The notes: generated by a model from the sequence alone, not told the origin. Counted from the first letter of the stretch, positions 47,631-58,339 are shown. The stretch is 64,000 bases of DNA from Cyanophora paradoxa CCMP329 (GCA_004431415.1 QPMI01000010.1:496001-560000); one strand, 5' to 3'. Numbers and translations: made by a program.

Positions 47631-47825
47631 GACTCTCGCCAAGTTTCAAATAATAATACTGTACCCCTATTATAATAATACTTAGTATAATAATAATACT
47701 ATTGCATTCATTGCTTTTGAATGTAGTTAATGTCATAGCAACTTGAACATGATGTCATGATGATTTCAAGTTAAATACCAGGGTAGTGTGTTTTTGTTCA
47801 AGTCTCTTTTTTTTACCGGCAGGGT

Positions 47826-50690
47826 CCCCGGTCAGCTCCAACAAGGAGGCGCGCGCCCCCGGTCAGCTCCAACAAGGAGGCGCGCGAGCTATATTACTAT
47901 CAGGCCGATCCGTACAGTTGGGTTGCATACCTGGAGACCTGGAAGGGCCTCGAAGCCCGCTACCGCAAAGAGCACCTGGAGGCCGAGGCGGCGCCTGGCG
48001 GCTCATACGTGGCCGACGCCCCAGCGTACGCCTGGACGGACGGGAGCCTGAAAGAGGGCCAGACGGTTAACGCTCGCGCGGGCTACGCAGTACACTGGCC
48101 GGAAACGGACCTCAGAACTGGCGCAAGCCTGCACCCGCCGGGTATCCTCACGGACTTCTTTGCCCGGCTCCGGGGCCTGCAGGAGATCAACAAGGCGGAA
48201 CTCCAGGCGGCGCTTATGGCTGACCTGCTCTCGCCTTTCGGAGCGGTTCTACACGTCGACAACATGAACGCGATCCGCTGGTACTCCGATTTCGTCCAGC
48301 ACGCGAGCTGCCGCAGCCCGCGGGAATACATCCGGCACGCCTGCTCCGCGGAACTGTACGCATGGAGCAAGCTCAGGACAATGCTAGAGGAGCGCGGGCG
48401 GCCGCTCAAACTCGTCAAAGTCAAAGCGCACGCGAAGGGCGACGCCCGCGACCCCCACAACGACGTCGCGGACGCCGGAGCGAACGTGGCGGCCGACCTG
48501 GAGCTGGCGGACGAACACCGGCATGAGCCTCTCTTTCTGCCGCCGGCCTTCAGCATGCCTGCGGTGCTCACCATCAGCGACCCCGACGGGCGCACACGAC
48601 GGGTGGAAGGGGACCCCAAGGCACACATGGACGCACTTCACGAGCACCAGACGCACTTTGCCTGGACCCAACAACCGCTGGCTGGCGCGCTCCTGCGCCG
48701 AGGCGCCGACGGCGCAGACATAGCAGGGCTATATGCGGAAACGAGCGTAGGTTCCCGATTCCAAGGCGCCAATGGAGCCCGCAACGCGCTATTCAAGTTT
48801 CGGACGCAGCTGCTCTGTAGCTCGCTACCAGCGAACGAAGTCCGGGTACGTGACCAGAAGGAACTCTACGCCGCCTGCAACCCTGGGGGACGCTGTGCGG
48901 GCTGCGCCACCAGAACGCCGCTCCCTCGTGCAGAGACTAGCGGCCCGACAGCCTCACAGAACAGCCAGACTGCAACAGAGGCCTCGCATGCTCAACCAGC
49001 AGCGGGCGCCAGCCGCCCGATCCGGGCACCGACGGCTCTCACCGCAGGCCCGACTGAAACTTTCCCGCACGTCTTCCTGTGCCCGGGTCCGCATGCGGTC
49101 GCGCACCGCGCGGAGACTGCTCGCGAACTGAACCGACTTCTGCTCTGCGCATACAGAGAGGCCCACGGCCTCACAGCGCCGCCAGCAGGAGCCCTCCTTG
49201 CTCCCGACCTGGTCCCAATCTTCCTCCGCGTCGCGGACGACGACACCGAGGCGCGCAGCTACGATGGTAGGCCGTACGCGTATCCGCGCCTCTGGGTGCT
49301 CCAGGGCCTTGCTCCGCAGAGTCTAGAAAGCGCCCTCACACGCTGCCTGAACCTTGCACCCCGGTACGCGGCACGCGCAGCTAAACGCGTTCGGCAAACG
49401 CTTCTGGAACGGGCCCGACGCCTCTGGTCACGTCGCTGCGAAATCAACGCGGAGTGGGAACGCGACTGCCGCGTCTCCCAGGCCTCAAAGAAGCGACCGC
49501 GCCCGCCCCGCACGGGCGCCCGCGCCCGAGAGCGGGCCCGCGGCCCCGGACCTGTAAGGAAGTCTGCGCCGCCTGCGACGGGCCGATTCGCCTTCACAAT
49601 CTACTCAACGCCGCTCGGAACGCAGACTGCCCACCGGAGTACGCGGGCTGGAAGGCGGCGCTCCGCGCCCAAGAGCTCTACGATTGCGTCAAGGTACGCC
49701 CTTGGGAGTCACATCCTAGCCCGCTCTAAACGGTACCCCGAGCCGCGCGAAAGGGGGGGGGGGGGGGGGGCTACGTCGGGAGGAGACTCTCGACACCACC
49801 TACCTACTACTTCACCATACCTAGTCCTCGAGAAACTTACCTGATCTACTCTTAGCCTCGCACACACTAGATATAGCCGCCCCGACCGACTCGCTGGGCC
49901 CCGCCCAAGCGAGCGCCTGCCTTGCCTCCCTCTCCCGCTCTGCCCTCCCGCTCGCTCTCTTGGCCCTGCCTCCCATTCACGACCTCGCCCGCGCTCCTCG
50001 CGCCTCGACAGGGAGGGAACGATGGATCGGAAGGCTTGGCGGAAGGCTTCGGCTGGTCGTTGCACCCACCAGATACCCCGGCCATCGTGCCAGGACCGTG
50101 GGTTGAAGGACCGCCGCGGAGGGGGGCTCGCAATTGCCCGCGGCGGGGGTGCGGCGGCTGGTTCGAGGCTGGAAGCCCTGCTGACCGAGAAATCCGACCC
50201 TCCCCCTCCCCGCCACGGCCGGCGCCGACCTTCTCCGTCCCGCCCCACTTCTTCCCCGCAACGTCCCCCTCGCCTCATTCCCCTCGGCCCCTCTACGCCG
50301 ACGTGCTTCCACCCGCGCTTCGGGCGAGCGGCCCCTCGACGCGGAGCCCGCCGCGCTAGCTGTAGTCGCGGCCGCGTCGAGAGTAGGCAGATTAGACCGC
50401 GGGTCCGTCCTGGCTTTCCTACCGTACAGTAGAACAGCCCGCGAGCTCCGGACGTCCCGACGGTCCCTAGGCAGGCAGCACTAGCAGTAGTAGTGTTTTA
50501 ATTTACCTCCCTCTCGTAGACCCTGGGTAGTCCTCTCGGTAGCCTAGTCCTAAGCTAGGCTAGATGTATAGGTAGTAGCTCTCTGCTCTGGGTTAGCTTT
50601 GCTTTAGTTTACGTCTCCTTGACTAGCTCCACCCTGTCCGATGGCTGATAGGTTCCCTACCCGGCGTAACCAGTAGGCTCATCTTTCGAC
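47826..50690 (+). mobile_element. 5'-truncated non-LTR retrotransposon (RNase H + CCHC zinc knuckle + long 3' region); 3' end approximate
   Basis: RNase H motifs AWTDGS, INKAELQA, LHVDN, VKVKAH, HNDVADAGA; then CAGC...ETFPHVFLCP and LWSRRC typical of LINE ORF2 C-termini; no RT or endonuclease; 31-bp tandem duplication at the 5' junction. Confidence 0.8.
48009..49844 (+). pseudogene. retrotransposon ORF2 remnant (RNase H domain); frame open from ~47858 with no proper ATG
   Basis: As above; probable frameshift near 49500. Confidence 0.75.
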
Positions 50691-50781
50691 TTGACACTTT
50701 ACGGACTCCTCAGTTCTATCATTAGCCGTATTGTCTCGGTGTGTGCGAATTCACTAATCCACCGGCATCTTCGCATACGTA

Positions 50782-50994
50782 ATGCACGACGATGATTTCA
50801 GGCGCAACACGTTCTACTTCTGCAAGCTCCTTCGCGACATTTCTTCGGAGCACCGCAAGGGCGATGAGTATGATTGGATTGAGCTCCTCCCCCGCAAGAG
50901 CGAGCTCGTACTCTGGAGAGATAAGTGCATTGTAGGCAGGTTCAAGCTTAGCTCGATTCGTGTAGCCGTCGTAGAGGATCTGATGGTGAATTGA
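50782..50994 (+). CDS. small hypothetical protein (70 aa)
   Basis: ATG-initiated ORF with protein-like composition upstream of the SSB. Confidence 0.4.
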   Translation: MHDDDFRRNTFYFCKLLRDISSEHRKGDEYDWIELLPRKSELVLWRDKCIVGRFKLSSIRVAVVEDLMVN

Positions 50995-51099
50995 ACACGT
51001 GTTTTACCTGAATCACCTGAGCGCTCAGCTGAAGTCAGGTGGGGCGGCCTCAAATATTTTCTAGCGCTAGGCTGAAGCACACTCTAAGCTAACGCAACC

Positions 51100-51882
51100 A
51101 TGGCCACCGTCCGCAACGCCTCCGACATCGACCCCGCCAAGCTCGCCTTCGAAATCGACGCCAACGGCCGCATCAAGGCCAAGTACGACGGCCTGCAGGG
51201 CCTCATGATGTACGCGCCGCCCATGGTCACGATCAACCCCTGCATCAACACCGAGCAAGGCAAGGCGTGGAGCGACGAGAAGAAGGCCTTCGTCATGGAA
51301 GAAAACGGCGGATTCTACACGCTGGACCTCACCGATCTCAGCGCCGTCGACGGCCAGACGAACCCAGCCGCGGACGAGTTCCTCAAGCTGCTGGAGGCCC
51401 TGGACGCGAAATTCTGCGAGTTCGTGCAGCAGAACCAGGCCAAGCTCAAGGTCTCGCCCGGCCGCAGCCTCAGCAAGGATCAGATCTCGGTGCTGCAGAC
51501 GCCCAGCGTGCGCATCAAGGTCGACAAGGAGTCGGGCCAGGCCTTCTACAAGTACCTCAATATGCGCATCCGCACGCAGACGATGGCGGGCAAGCGCAAG
51601 ACGATTCCCGTCGTCGACATGTCAAACTACCTCATCACCGAGCGCGCCACCATCGGCACCGGAGACCTGGTGGCGGCCCTCGTTAAAATCGACACCGCCT
51701 ACGCCATCCCCGAGGGCAAGTTCGGCCTCAAGTGGTCCTTCCTCGCCGTGCAGCAGTGCAAGGTCGGCGCCTTTCGCTTCGCCGGCCGCACGCCCGAGCT
51801 GGCCTTCAAGCCCTACGACAACGAGGCCGATTTCGAGCCCTACCTAAACCCCGAGTCTATGTACACCACCCCCATGCAGTAG
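51100..51882 (+). CDS. NCLDV-type single-stranded DNA-binding protein (DUF2738 / T7 gp2.5-like OB fold)
   Basis: Pattern YTLDL..EFLKLLEALDAKF..TPSVR..DLVAALVKI..GKFGLKWSFLAVQ; upstream ATATTTTCTAG; AATAAA after the stop. Confidence 0.75.
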   Translation: MATVRNASDIDPAKLAFEIDANGRIKAKYDGLQGLMMYAPPMVTINPCINTEQGKAWSDEKKAFVMEENGGFYTLDLTDLSAVDGQTNPAADEFLKLLEALDAKFCEFVQQNQAKLKVSPGRSLSKDQISVLQTPSVRIKVDKESGQAFYKYLNMRIRTQTMAGKRKTIPVVDMSNYLITERATIGTGDLVAALVKIDTAYAIPEGKFGLKWSFLAVQQCKVGAFRFAGRTPELAFKPYDNEADFEPYLNPESMYTTPMQ

Positions 51883-51936
51883 CTTAGCCGAATAAATTGT
51901 AATTTCTCTGGTGCAATTGATTACAAGCGTTTACAC

Positions 51937-52740
51937 TCAAAGGCCGTTGAACTTGCCGCCCACCGCCTTGGGCTCCGCCGCCGTCGAGGCCGCCGCCTCC
52001 GTCACCTCCTTCATCATCTCCGGGTTCGCGTTGGCCGCGTGCACCGCCAGCACCGTCTGCACAAGGGCCATCCCCAGGCGCGCCTCGGGCCCCAGGGTCA
52101 CGTAGCGCGAGTATTTAATGACCAGCTCCTCTAAAATCGGCTGCACTTGGTCCATCGAGGCCAGCGTCGCCTGCCCGAGCCCGTCTAACTTCAGGCCGAT
52201 CGGATCGTACGCTTTGTTCAGATGCTCCAGCGAGTGCATCCCCGCGATCAGAAAGAGGCGCGCAGCCTCCAGCGAACCCCGCGTGCTCAGCTCGCGCTGA
52301 ATTTCCTCGTACTCTTCCTTCAGCTCGTCCAGCGGCGTCGCGAGGCTCAGCTTTTTCGTGGACGTCAGCTCGCCCCCGAACGAGCGCCTGTACTGTGCGA
52401 TCTGCCGCAGAACCTGCTTCTTCTCGTCCACGTCCACCTGCGCCTCGTCGCGCGGCTTTTCCTGCAGGTCGATCCCCAGCGCCTTTTTCACGCTCTGCTC
52501 CTTCTTTTTCGTCATTTCGATGTGCTCCTGCACGCTGAAGCTCGCGCCCTTGCTCGGCGCCGTCGGCGGCACCGTGGGCCCGTCGCCCGGCAGCGACGTC
52601 TTGTCTGCCTTCGGCGCCTTCTCGCCCTTTTCCTTGCCTTCCTTCGCGGGGCGGCCCTTCTTCCGAGGCTGCGGGATCCCCACCGGGTTCGGCCCGTCCA
52701 CGGCCAGCGCGTCGAAGCCAAGCATGGAAGAGGGGTCCAT
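51937..52740 (-). CDS. conserved NCLDV protein, DUF5767-like
   Basis: LDELKEEYEEI..LEHLNKAYDPIGLKLDGL..ILEELVIKY..GPEARLGMALV..VH.AN. Confidence 0.75.
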   Translation of the reverse strand: MDPSSMLGFDALAVDGPNPVGIPQPRKKGRPAKEGKEKGEKAPKADKTSLPGDGPTVPPTAPSKGASFSVQEHIEMTKKKEQSVKKALGIDLQEKPRDEAQVDVDEKKQVLRQIAQYRRSFGGELTSTKKLSLATPLDELKEEYEEIQRELSTRGSLEAARLFLIAGMHSLEHLNKAYDPIGLKLDGLGQATLASMDQVQPILEELVIKYSRYVTLGPEARLGMALVQTVLAVHAANANPEMMKEVTEAAASTAAEPKAVGGKFNGL

Positions 52741-52765
52741 CGTTACGCTTGCCCCTTAGAAATAT

Positions 52766-53095
52766 TTACTCGGAGGTCAGCTCGACGAAGAGCTCGATGT
52801 AAAGCCACAGTTTCTCGCGCAGCTCGGGCCCGCTCCCGTAGAAGAGCGAGCGCACGGCCGAGGCGTACTCCTGCGGCAGCTTCGCGAAAACTCCGTCGTC
52901 TTTCGCTCTAATTAATTCGGCCTCCGCGTTGATGTGCCTCCTAAATAGAACGATGACCGCCGTGGCGCCTATGCCGCGCAGCGACTGGATCTGCGCCCGC
53001 ACCCCCGGCTCCTTGGCCTCCGGCTCCAGCAGGTCGAGGAAGCGGCCCCAGCGCGCCTCGATCTGCTCGCCCAGCGTCGCCTCCGTCGCTGCCAT
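52766..53095 (-). CDS. viral hypothetical protein
   Basis: 109-aa ORF ending REKLWLYIELFVELTSE; upstream AATTTCTAA. Confidence 0.7.
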   Translation of the reverse strand: MAATEATLGEQIEARWGRFLDLLEPEAKEPGVRAQIQSLRGIGATAVIVLFRRHINAEAELIRAKDDGVFAKLPQEYASAVRSLFYGSGPELREKLWLYIELFVELTSE

Positions 53096-53117
53096 GTGCT
53101 TGCGTGTGCGTTAGAAA

Positions 53118-53993
53118 TTAGCGACCAGGCTGCAGGGCGGCTGCGGCTGCAGTGTATGCCTCCGCCTTCCGAGTATTGGTTTCGCGGAGGATGTTTTGCT
53201 GTGCTGTCTCGGTGCCCAGGACGAGGGCCTGGAACGCAGCTTGAATTGCCATCTGAGGCCCGTTGAGAGCCGATGACATCCCGGCTACCGTCCCCCTTCC
53301 ACGAGTCGACTGAATTTGGGATGCCGCGGCGCCGGGGATTATACCATCTCCCAGCCCCTGGATGGGGTTCACTGTGGCAGGTAGTATGTTCTGGTCCGCG
53401 TACGGGGTCGCCGTCGGGATTGCCGGGCCGCGCGTGCCTTGCTGGTCCATGAGAATGGCACCGAACGGATTGCCCTTGGAGAAGTCGACATCGAAACGCT
53501 GAATTTCGATATCCTGCTCGATCATATTCGTAATTCGCTCGAGCAGCTCGGGGTAATATTCCTCGAGCATTTTAGCCACGCCTGGCTGCTTCAGGTCGAA
53601 GGCCGTCATCGCCCACTGGTCGAAATCGCGAATCATGATTTCCTTCCGCAGCGTGAACGCATTCTCGACGTCCTCTTCGTTGATCTGGCGATTAGGGTAG
53701 GCATTCTGCAGCTGCTGTCGAATGCCCATCCGCATCAGCTTCTCCATCTGCGGGGTGTACTTCATGGCCGGCAGGGCCTTCGTATCCGTGGTGCTCTGAC
53801 CCAGGCCGCGGGCCACGTCCTCGGGCGTGTACACATCGCCTTTGCCCGCTGGAACTGGCACCTCGGGCAGAATCGTGCCGGGCGCGTACTTCTCGATAAT
53901 TCCCGTCACCTCGCCCTTCAGGTCGTTCTTCAGCGACTGGCGCTGCTTCTTAGAGCCCTCCCCAATGTCCATCATGGAATGGCCCTTCGTCAT
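53118..53993 (-). CDS. viral protein next to MCP, candidate virion protein
   Basis: 291 aa; DFDQWAMTAFDLKQPG..YYPELLER; upstream AAATTTTCC. Confidence 0.7.
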   Translation of the reverse strand: MTKGHSMMDIGEGSKKQRQSLKNDLKGEVTGIIEKYAPGTILPEVPVPAGKGDVYTPEDVARGLGQSTTDTKALPAMKYTPQMEKLMRMGIRQQLQNAYPNRQINEEDVENAFTLRKEIMIRDFDQWAMTAFDLKQPGVAKMLEEYYPELLERITNMIEQDIEIQRFDVDFSKGNPFGAILMDQQGTRGPAIPTATPYADQNILPATVNPIQGLGDGIIPGAAASQIQSTRGRGTVAGMSSALNGPQMAIQAAFQALVLGTETAQQNILRETNTRKAEAYTAAAAALQPGR

Positions 53994-54083
53994 CGTGCCT
54001 CGGTTAGGATCCCAGTGGGAAAATTTATTGGTTCACATCGGCGGCCGAGGCTCGCCCCTCTCACACTCTGGCTAGCTGGCAAT

Positions 54084-55457
54084 CTAGTGGAAGCGGCGGT
54101 AGGCGCCGCCGTTGGTGAAGGTGATCTCGTTGTAGTAGCGGCAGTAGATGTCGGCCACGGGCAGGTTGGGTGCCGTGTAGGTCTTGAGCGTGGTGAGCGT
54201 GAGCTCGATGGTCTTGAAGGCGCCCATGTCGAGGCCGCCGAACATCTTGGTGTTGTCGGCCACGTCCGCGCCGAAGGGGAGCGAGTAGATGAACTCCGTG
54301 CCGAACTGGCCCACGTTGCGGGGCTGGATGTCGCTGCTGTGCGCGTCGTGGGTCGCAAGGGTCGTGGGGGGCGTGTCGTTGCCCGACCACGGGTGCGGGT
54401 GCAGCGCGTCGGCCACGTCGGCCGCCGCCGTCCCGTCCATCGAGGTCACGCCCCGCAGCAGCTCGAGGTGCTTGCGCGTGGGGGCGTGCGTGTGCTCCTT
54501 GTGTGCGATGGCCGTGCGCAAAAAGTGCGCATCGTGGTTCGAGCTGTCGACCACCTTGATGTTGTCGCACTTCAGCTCGATCTTGTCGAGCGGGCGGAAG
54601 CGCCAGAAGTGCTCGCCGTTGTCGGTGTGCGGCTTGTCGCGCACCACCACGATCAGCTCGTAGCAGATCCCCGTGAAGGGCAGGCGGATGGCGGCGCCCG
54701 ACGTGAACTGGACGTGGTAGTGCTGCACGTACTTGCCGGCCCACGTGAACGAGTTCGGGTGCAGCGCCAGCTCGCGCGAGTCGATGTGCACGTAGCGCAG
54801 GATGAGCTTGGTGTCCAGGCCGACGGTGCTCGCCAGGCCGGTGTTCGTGTGCAGGCCGCCGTCCACGAAGGAGGCCGTCACCTCCTTCTGCGAGGCGTAG
54901 GTGATCTGCAGCTTCATCTCGTTGCCCGTCCCGCGGATCTTGTGGAGGGGCACGGCGAACTTTCGACCGAAGCCCGTCGCGATGCGGATCGGCACGTACA
55001 GCGTGTTCGGGGCCTTGCCCCGGCGGCGCAGCGGCTGGTGCGCCCAGAGGTTGTTCACCATGTCGACGTGCTCGGTGACGGACTTGTCGTCCTCGAACTC
55101 GCCGTAGATGGCGTCGTGGTGGCCGTCGTACTCGTGGATCAGCTGCGTGCCCACGAAGATCTTCACCTTCTTGAGCAGCACGTAGCCGGCCTTCGGGATG
55201 TAGAAGTGGTCGGCGTTCGTCAGCGCCGGCAGCGTCACCCGGAGCCAGGCGTCGTTGAACATCGGCGCCGAGTGCGGGATGACGATGTCGACGGTCTGGC
55301 CGAAGGTGACGCCCGACTGCACGGGGCTCACCTCGAGCACCTCGTCCACGAACGGCATCGCCGTGTCGAAGGTCTCGTGCACGTGCACCGACGCGTCGGA
55401 GCTGCGCAGCGAGTGGTGCAGGGCGGTCGAGGGGGTGGAGATGAGCGCGGAAGCCAT
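54084..55457 (-). CDS. major capsid protein, NCLDV-type double jelly-roll
   Basis: FGQTVDIVIP..DAWLRVTLP, LLKKVKIFVGTQLI, TLYVPI..VPLHKI..EMKLQIT, IYSLPFG..GGLDM, YNEITFTNG; 457 aa. Confidence 0.92.
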   Translation of the reverse strand: MASALISTPSTALHHSLRSSDASVHVHETFDTAMPFVDEVLEVSPVQSGVTFGQTVDIVIPHSAPMFNDAWLRVTLPALTNADHFYIPKAGYVLLKKVKIFVGTQLIHEYDGHHDAIYGEFEDDKSVTEHVDMVNNLWAHQPLRRRGKAPNTLYVPIRIATGFGRKFAVPLHKIRGTGNEMKLQITYASQKEVTASFVDGGLHTNTGLASTVGLDTKLILRYVHIDSRELALHPNSFTWAGKYVQHYHVQFTSGAAIRLPFTGICYELIVVVRDKPHTDNGEHFWRFRPLDKIELKCDNIKVVDSSNHDAHFLRTAIAHKEHTHAPTRKHLELLRGVTSMDGTAAADVADALHPHPWSGNDTPPTTLATHDAHSSDIQPRNVGQFGTEFIYSLPFGADVADNTKMFGGLDMGAFKTIELTLTTLKTYTAPNLPVADIYCRYYNEITFTNGGAYRRFH

Positions 55458-55497
55458 GGTTTAGGGGTGCGTTGAGAAAATTTTTTGGAGGGCTCGC

Positions 55498-57447
55498 CTA
55501 CGTTATTAGAGGGCGCGGCCCCCGTCGCGCCAGGTCCTCGTCGTACGCCTTCTTGCGGAGTGCGTCTGTGATCGCAGACCAGTCGCGTCTTCCGTCGAGA
55601 TAACCCATGACAAGTCCTCTGTCCAACTTGAAGTAACGCTCCGGCTCCAAGTTCATGAGTTGCTGGGCCCGCTCCTCGACGCGCCGCACTCGTTCCGTAA
55701 AGGGGCCCTTCGCCGCAGATCCCAGCGGGTCCTCCTCTCGCTCAGCTTCGTAGAATTTTACAATGTCTCCGCCCAGATTCGAAATATCACGGTGCTGTTC
55801 TGCAATCCGCGCCTGTTGGCGGTTGACACCGGTGGCCCGGGCCTGGGCTATGGCCGCCAGCTGATTATAATCGATTTTACCGGCAAGGAATTGTTGCACA
55901 GCCTCGTCCCCTGCCGCGCGCGTAATTTCGGACGAGACCGTTTCCAGGAATCCCGCCCGCAGCTCGCTTTCCGCTGCCTCTGCCTGCTCGCGGACCGCGC
56001 GCTCAGCTGGGGTTTCCACTTCCATTCGTTCGGGTCGTGTACCGCTGCGGATTTGCTTCAGCAGCCCCGCACGGCGAGATTCTGCTGCGTCTTTCACCTT
56101 CTTGACGGCATTGTCAGTCGCGTCATTTCCATCCATCGTCGTATACCCGGGTCGCCGCCCCGCATCCTTGTACGCGGCCCTGCGCTTGTCCGCGGCTTCC
56201 GCCTCGCGCGGGGATGAGGGGACGATCCCCGCGTTTGCGAGTTGAGCCTGGACGGCGACGGGCACCTGCTCGAGCACGGCCCTCGCCGCTGCAACGGCCA
56301 CCGCCTCGGCTGCTACCACCTCTGGCGGGCGCGAGGGCCCCGCCTGCGGCTCGGGCGGGGGCGGGGGCGGGGGCTGCTGCTCCGGTGGGGGTGCGGACGG
56401 CCTGGCCACGGTCTCCGGGGGCTGAGAAGGGCCGGGCTGGGGCGCCAGCGGGGGCGTCTTCGGTCCGGGAGGCGGAGGCGGCGGCGGTGGCGGCCCCGGC
56501 GGCGGCGGCGGTGCCCCCCCTTCGTCGTCTGACCCGTCCATGTCGTCCCTGGGGGCCTTGGACGGCAGGGCCTTCTGAATGAGGGCCTCGCGCGCGCCCC
56601 TGCCCGCCTTGATTTCTCTGCGCATGGCCTCCTCTGGGAAATTGGCCTCGATGGCCTCGTTGTCCTGGCTCGTGATGCGCGCATTCTGCTCGCGGCGGGC
56701 CTTGATGTACTTCTCCTTGTCGATTCGCTTCTTCGCCCGCCTTTTCTCCCTGGGTACGTCGCGCTGGCGGCTCTCGTCCGGCCCCGGCCCCTCGCTGTCC
56801 GAGCTCGAGGGCGGCTCGGCCTGGGCAAAGGGCTGGCGCGTGTTGCGGTTCGTCCAGTCGGGGTCGTACTTCCCTCCGATCAGCTCCTCGGGCTTCTTGT
56901 TCTCTCGTGCGTAAATGCTCGTGGGCTTGAATTCCTCTCCGTTGATGATGTACTTGTAGTAGTAATACGCGTCCTCGAGGTTCATCGGGCCCAGAGTCTC
57001 GAGGCGCTTCTTGCGCTTCAGGAATTCGGTAATCTGATCCTCCTTCGACTTGCAGAACTCGCGCACTCCCGGCAGCACCGTCAGATTCTTGCCGTCCACG
57101 TCGCAGGCGCCCGCCCCCTTGGCCTTCAGGTTCGCGGTGAAGGCCGACTGGCCCATCAGCCATGCGCGGAAGCCCTCCTCGTACTCTTCGTCGAGGCTCG
57201 ACTCCATCTGCTGGAATTTGTTGATGTAGTACGCGTTGGCGATGGCCTGGGCCTCCACCTCGGCGAGCTTGTCCGATTGATCGCGCTCCTCGAACCGAAT
57301 TTCCGGCGTGGCCCTCGCCAGCGTCGTCTTCATCATCTGCTGAAAGTGCGCGTACTTGTCGCTCTCGAAGGGCGTGATGTGCGAGTCCCCGCCCCCCGGG
57401 ATCGCGAGCACGTTGCGCGGCGCGAAACGCGAGGCGAGCCCCCTCAT
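55498..57447 (-). CDS. large viral protein with Pro-rich linker, candidate structural protein
   Basis: 649-aa intronless ORF; N-domain FRAWLMG..LPGVREF..GPMNLEDAYYYYKYI; upstream AAATTTCAA. Confidence 0.75.
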   Translation of the reverse strand: MRGLASRFAPRNVLAIPGGGDSHITPFESDKYAHFQQMMKTTLARATPEIRFEERDQSDKLAEVEAQAIANAYYINKFQQMESSLDEEYEEGFRAWLMGQSAFTANLKAKGAGACDVDGKNLTVLPGVREFCKSKEDQITEFLKRKKRLETLGPMNLEDAYYYYKYIINGEEFKPTSIYARENKKPEELIGGKYDPDWTNRNTRQPFAQAEPPSSSDSEGPGPDESRQRDVPREKRRAKKRIDKEKYIKARREQNARITSQDNEAIEANFPEEAMRREIKAGRGAREALIQKALPSKAPRDDMDGSDDEGGAPPPPPGPPPPPPPPPGPKTPPLAPQPGPSQPPETVARPSAPPPEQQPPPPPPPEPQAGPSRPPEVVAAEAVAVAAARAVLEQVPVAVQAQLANAGIVPSSPREAEAADKRRAAYKDAGRRPGYTTMDGNDATDNAVKKVKDAAESRRAGLLKQIRSGTRPERMEVETPAERAVREQAEAAESELRAGFLETVSSEITRAAGDEAVQQFLAGKIDYNQLAAIAQARATGVNRQQARIAEQHRDISNLGGDIVKFYEAEREEDPLGSAAKGPFTERVRRVEERAQQLMNLEPERYFKLDRGLVMGYLDGRRDWSAITDALRKKAYDEDLARRGPRPLIT

Positions 57448-57722
57448 TTGCTCTTCTTAGGGGTGGGCTTTGAAATTTTATCGGTCTTGGCCTTGTCTTC
57501 CTTCCCGTCCTTCTTGTCGCCGCCCTTCTTCCCCTGCTTCGTCGGGCGCATCGCCACGAATATTTCGCCGGGCGAGACGTCCTCGTACAGCGGCTTCGGC
57601 CCCTTTGGAAATTCGGGCGGGCCCTTCAGCTTCTCCTTCGCCTCCTTCACCTCCGCCTTGGACGGCTTCTCCTGCCCGTTCGTGGGCGCCTTTTTCGCGG
57701 GCTTCTTCTGTGTCTCTGGCAT
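57444..57722 (-). CDS. small Lys-rich, putative DNA-binding/core protein
   Basis: 92 aa, very Lys-rich; upstream ATTTTTCTG. Confidence 0.6.
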   Translation of the reverse strand: MPETQKKPAKKAPTNGQEKPSKAEVKEAKEKLKGPPEFPKGPKPLYEDVSPGEIFVAMRPTKQGKKGGDKKDGKEDKAKTDKISKPTPKKSK

Positions 57723-57724
57723 GT

Positions 57725-58063
57725 TTAACCGTCACCAGAAAAATATGGGTTCGCACCCCCGTACGTCTCGGGGAACTGCCTCTCCCACCTGCGCACGGCC
57801 GCGTCCCTCTGGTCGCCGAAGCTACGGTAGGCCGCGGCCCTCTGACCCATCACGATTTGCCAGAGCCGTGCACGGACCTCGCCCTGCAGTCTGTACACCC
57901 AATCGCGAATGTTCTCGACGATATCCGTCGGCAGCGTGGCCAACCCCGCCTTCAGCTCGGGCACATCCGTGGGATCCTCTTCGAGCGTCAGCTTCTGCAT
58001 GCGTGCGCGCAGCATCTCAATTTGCGTGTCAATTGGGGCCCAGTAAGGGGCAGATCGAGACAT
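57725..58063 (-). CDS. viral hypothetical protein
   Basis: 112-aa ORF; upstream AATTTCTC. Confidence 0.65.
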   Translation of the reverse strand: MSRSAPYWAPIDTQIEMLRARMQKLTLEEDPTDVPELKAGLATLPTDIVENIRDWVYRLQGEVRARLWQIVMGQRAAAYRSFGDQRDAAVRRWERQFPETYGGANPYFSGDG

Positions 58064-58075
58064 CGGGGTACGGGG

Positions 58076-58339
58076 TCACTGAGAAATTACACTGGGTCGG
58101 AAGAGGAGGTACCCCACCAGGATCCCCGCTATAATCCAGAGGGGCGACCAGTCGCGCTCCGCCGGCGCGCCCCCGGGCGTCACCATCAGCTGCCCCGCCC
58201 CGGGCCTGCGGAGGCCGTACGTGCGGTGGTCCGCCCAGTGCGGGCGCGGGAACTGCTCCTGCGGCATGCGCTCGGGGTAAACGCCGTCGAATCGGTTCTG
58301 CATTTGGTACATGTCCCTATCGAACAGCAGGGAGGCCAT
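58076..58339 (-). CDS. small viral protein with C-terminal TM helix
   Basis: 87 aa; LWIIAGILVGYLLF; upstream TATTTCTAA. Confidence 0.7.
   Translation of the reverse strand: MASLLFDRDMYQMQNRFDGVYPERMPQEQFPRPHWADHRTYGLRRPGAGQLMVTPGGAPAERDWSPLWIIAGILVGYLLFRPSVISQ

Noticed and set aside
53439-55475. 678-aa plus-strand ORF
   Set aside because: Antisense shadow of the MCP gene caused by high GC3; the same applies to most long Arg/Ala/Pro-rich ORFs in the track
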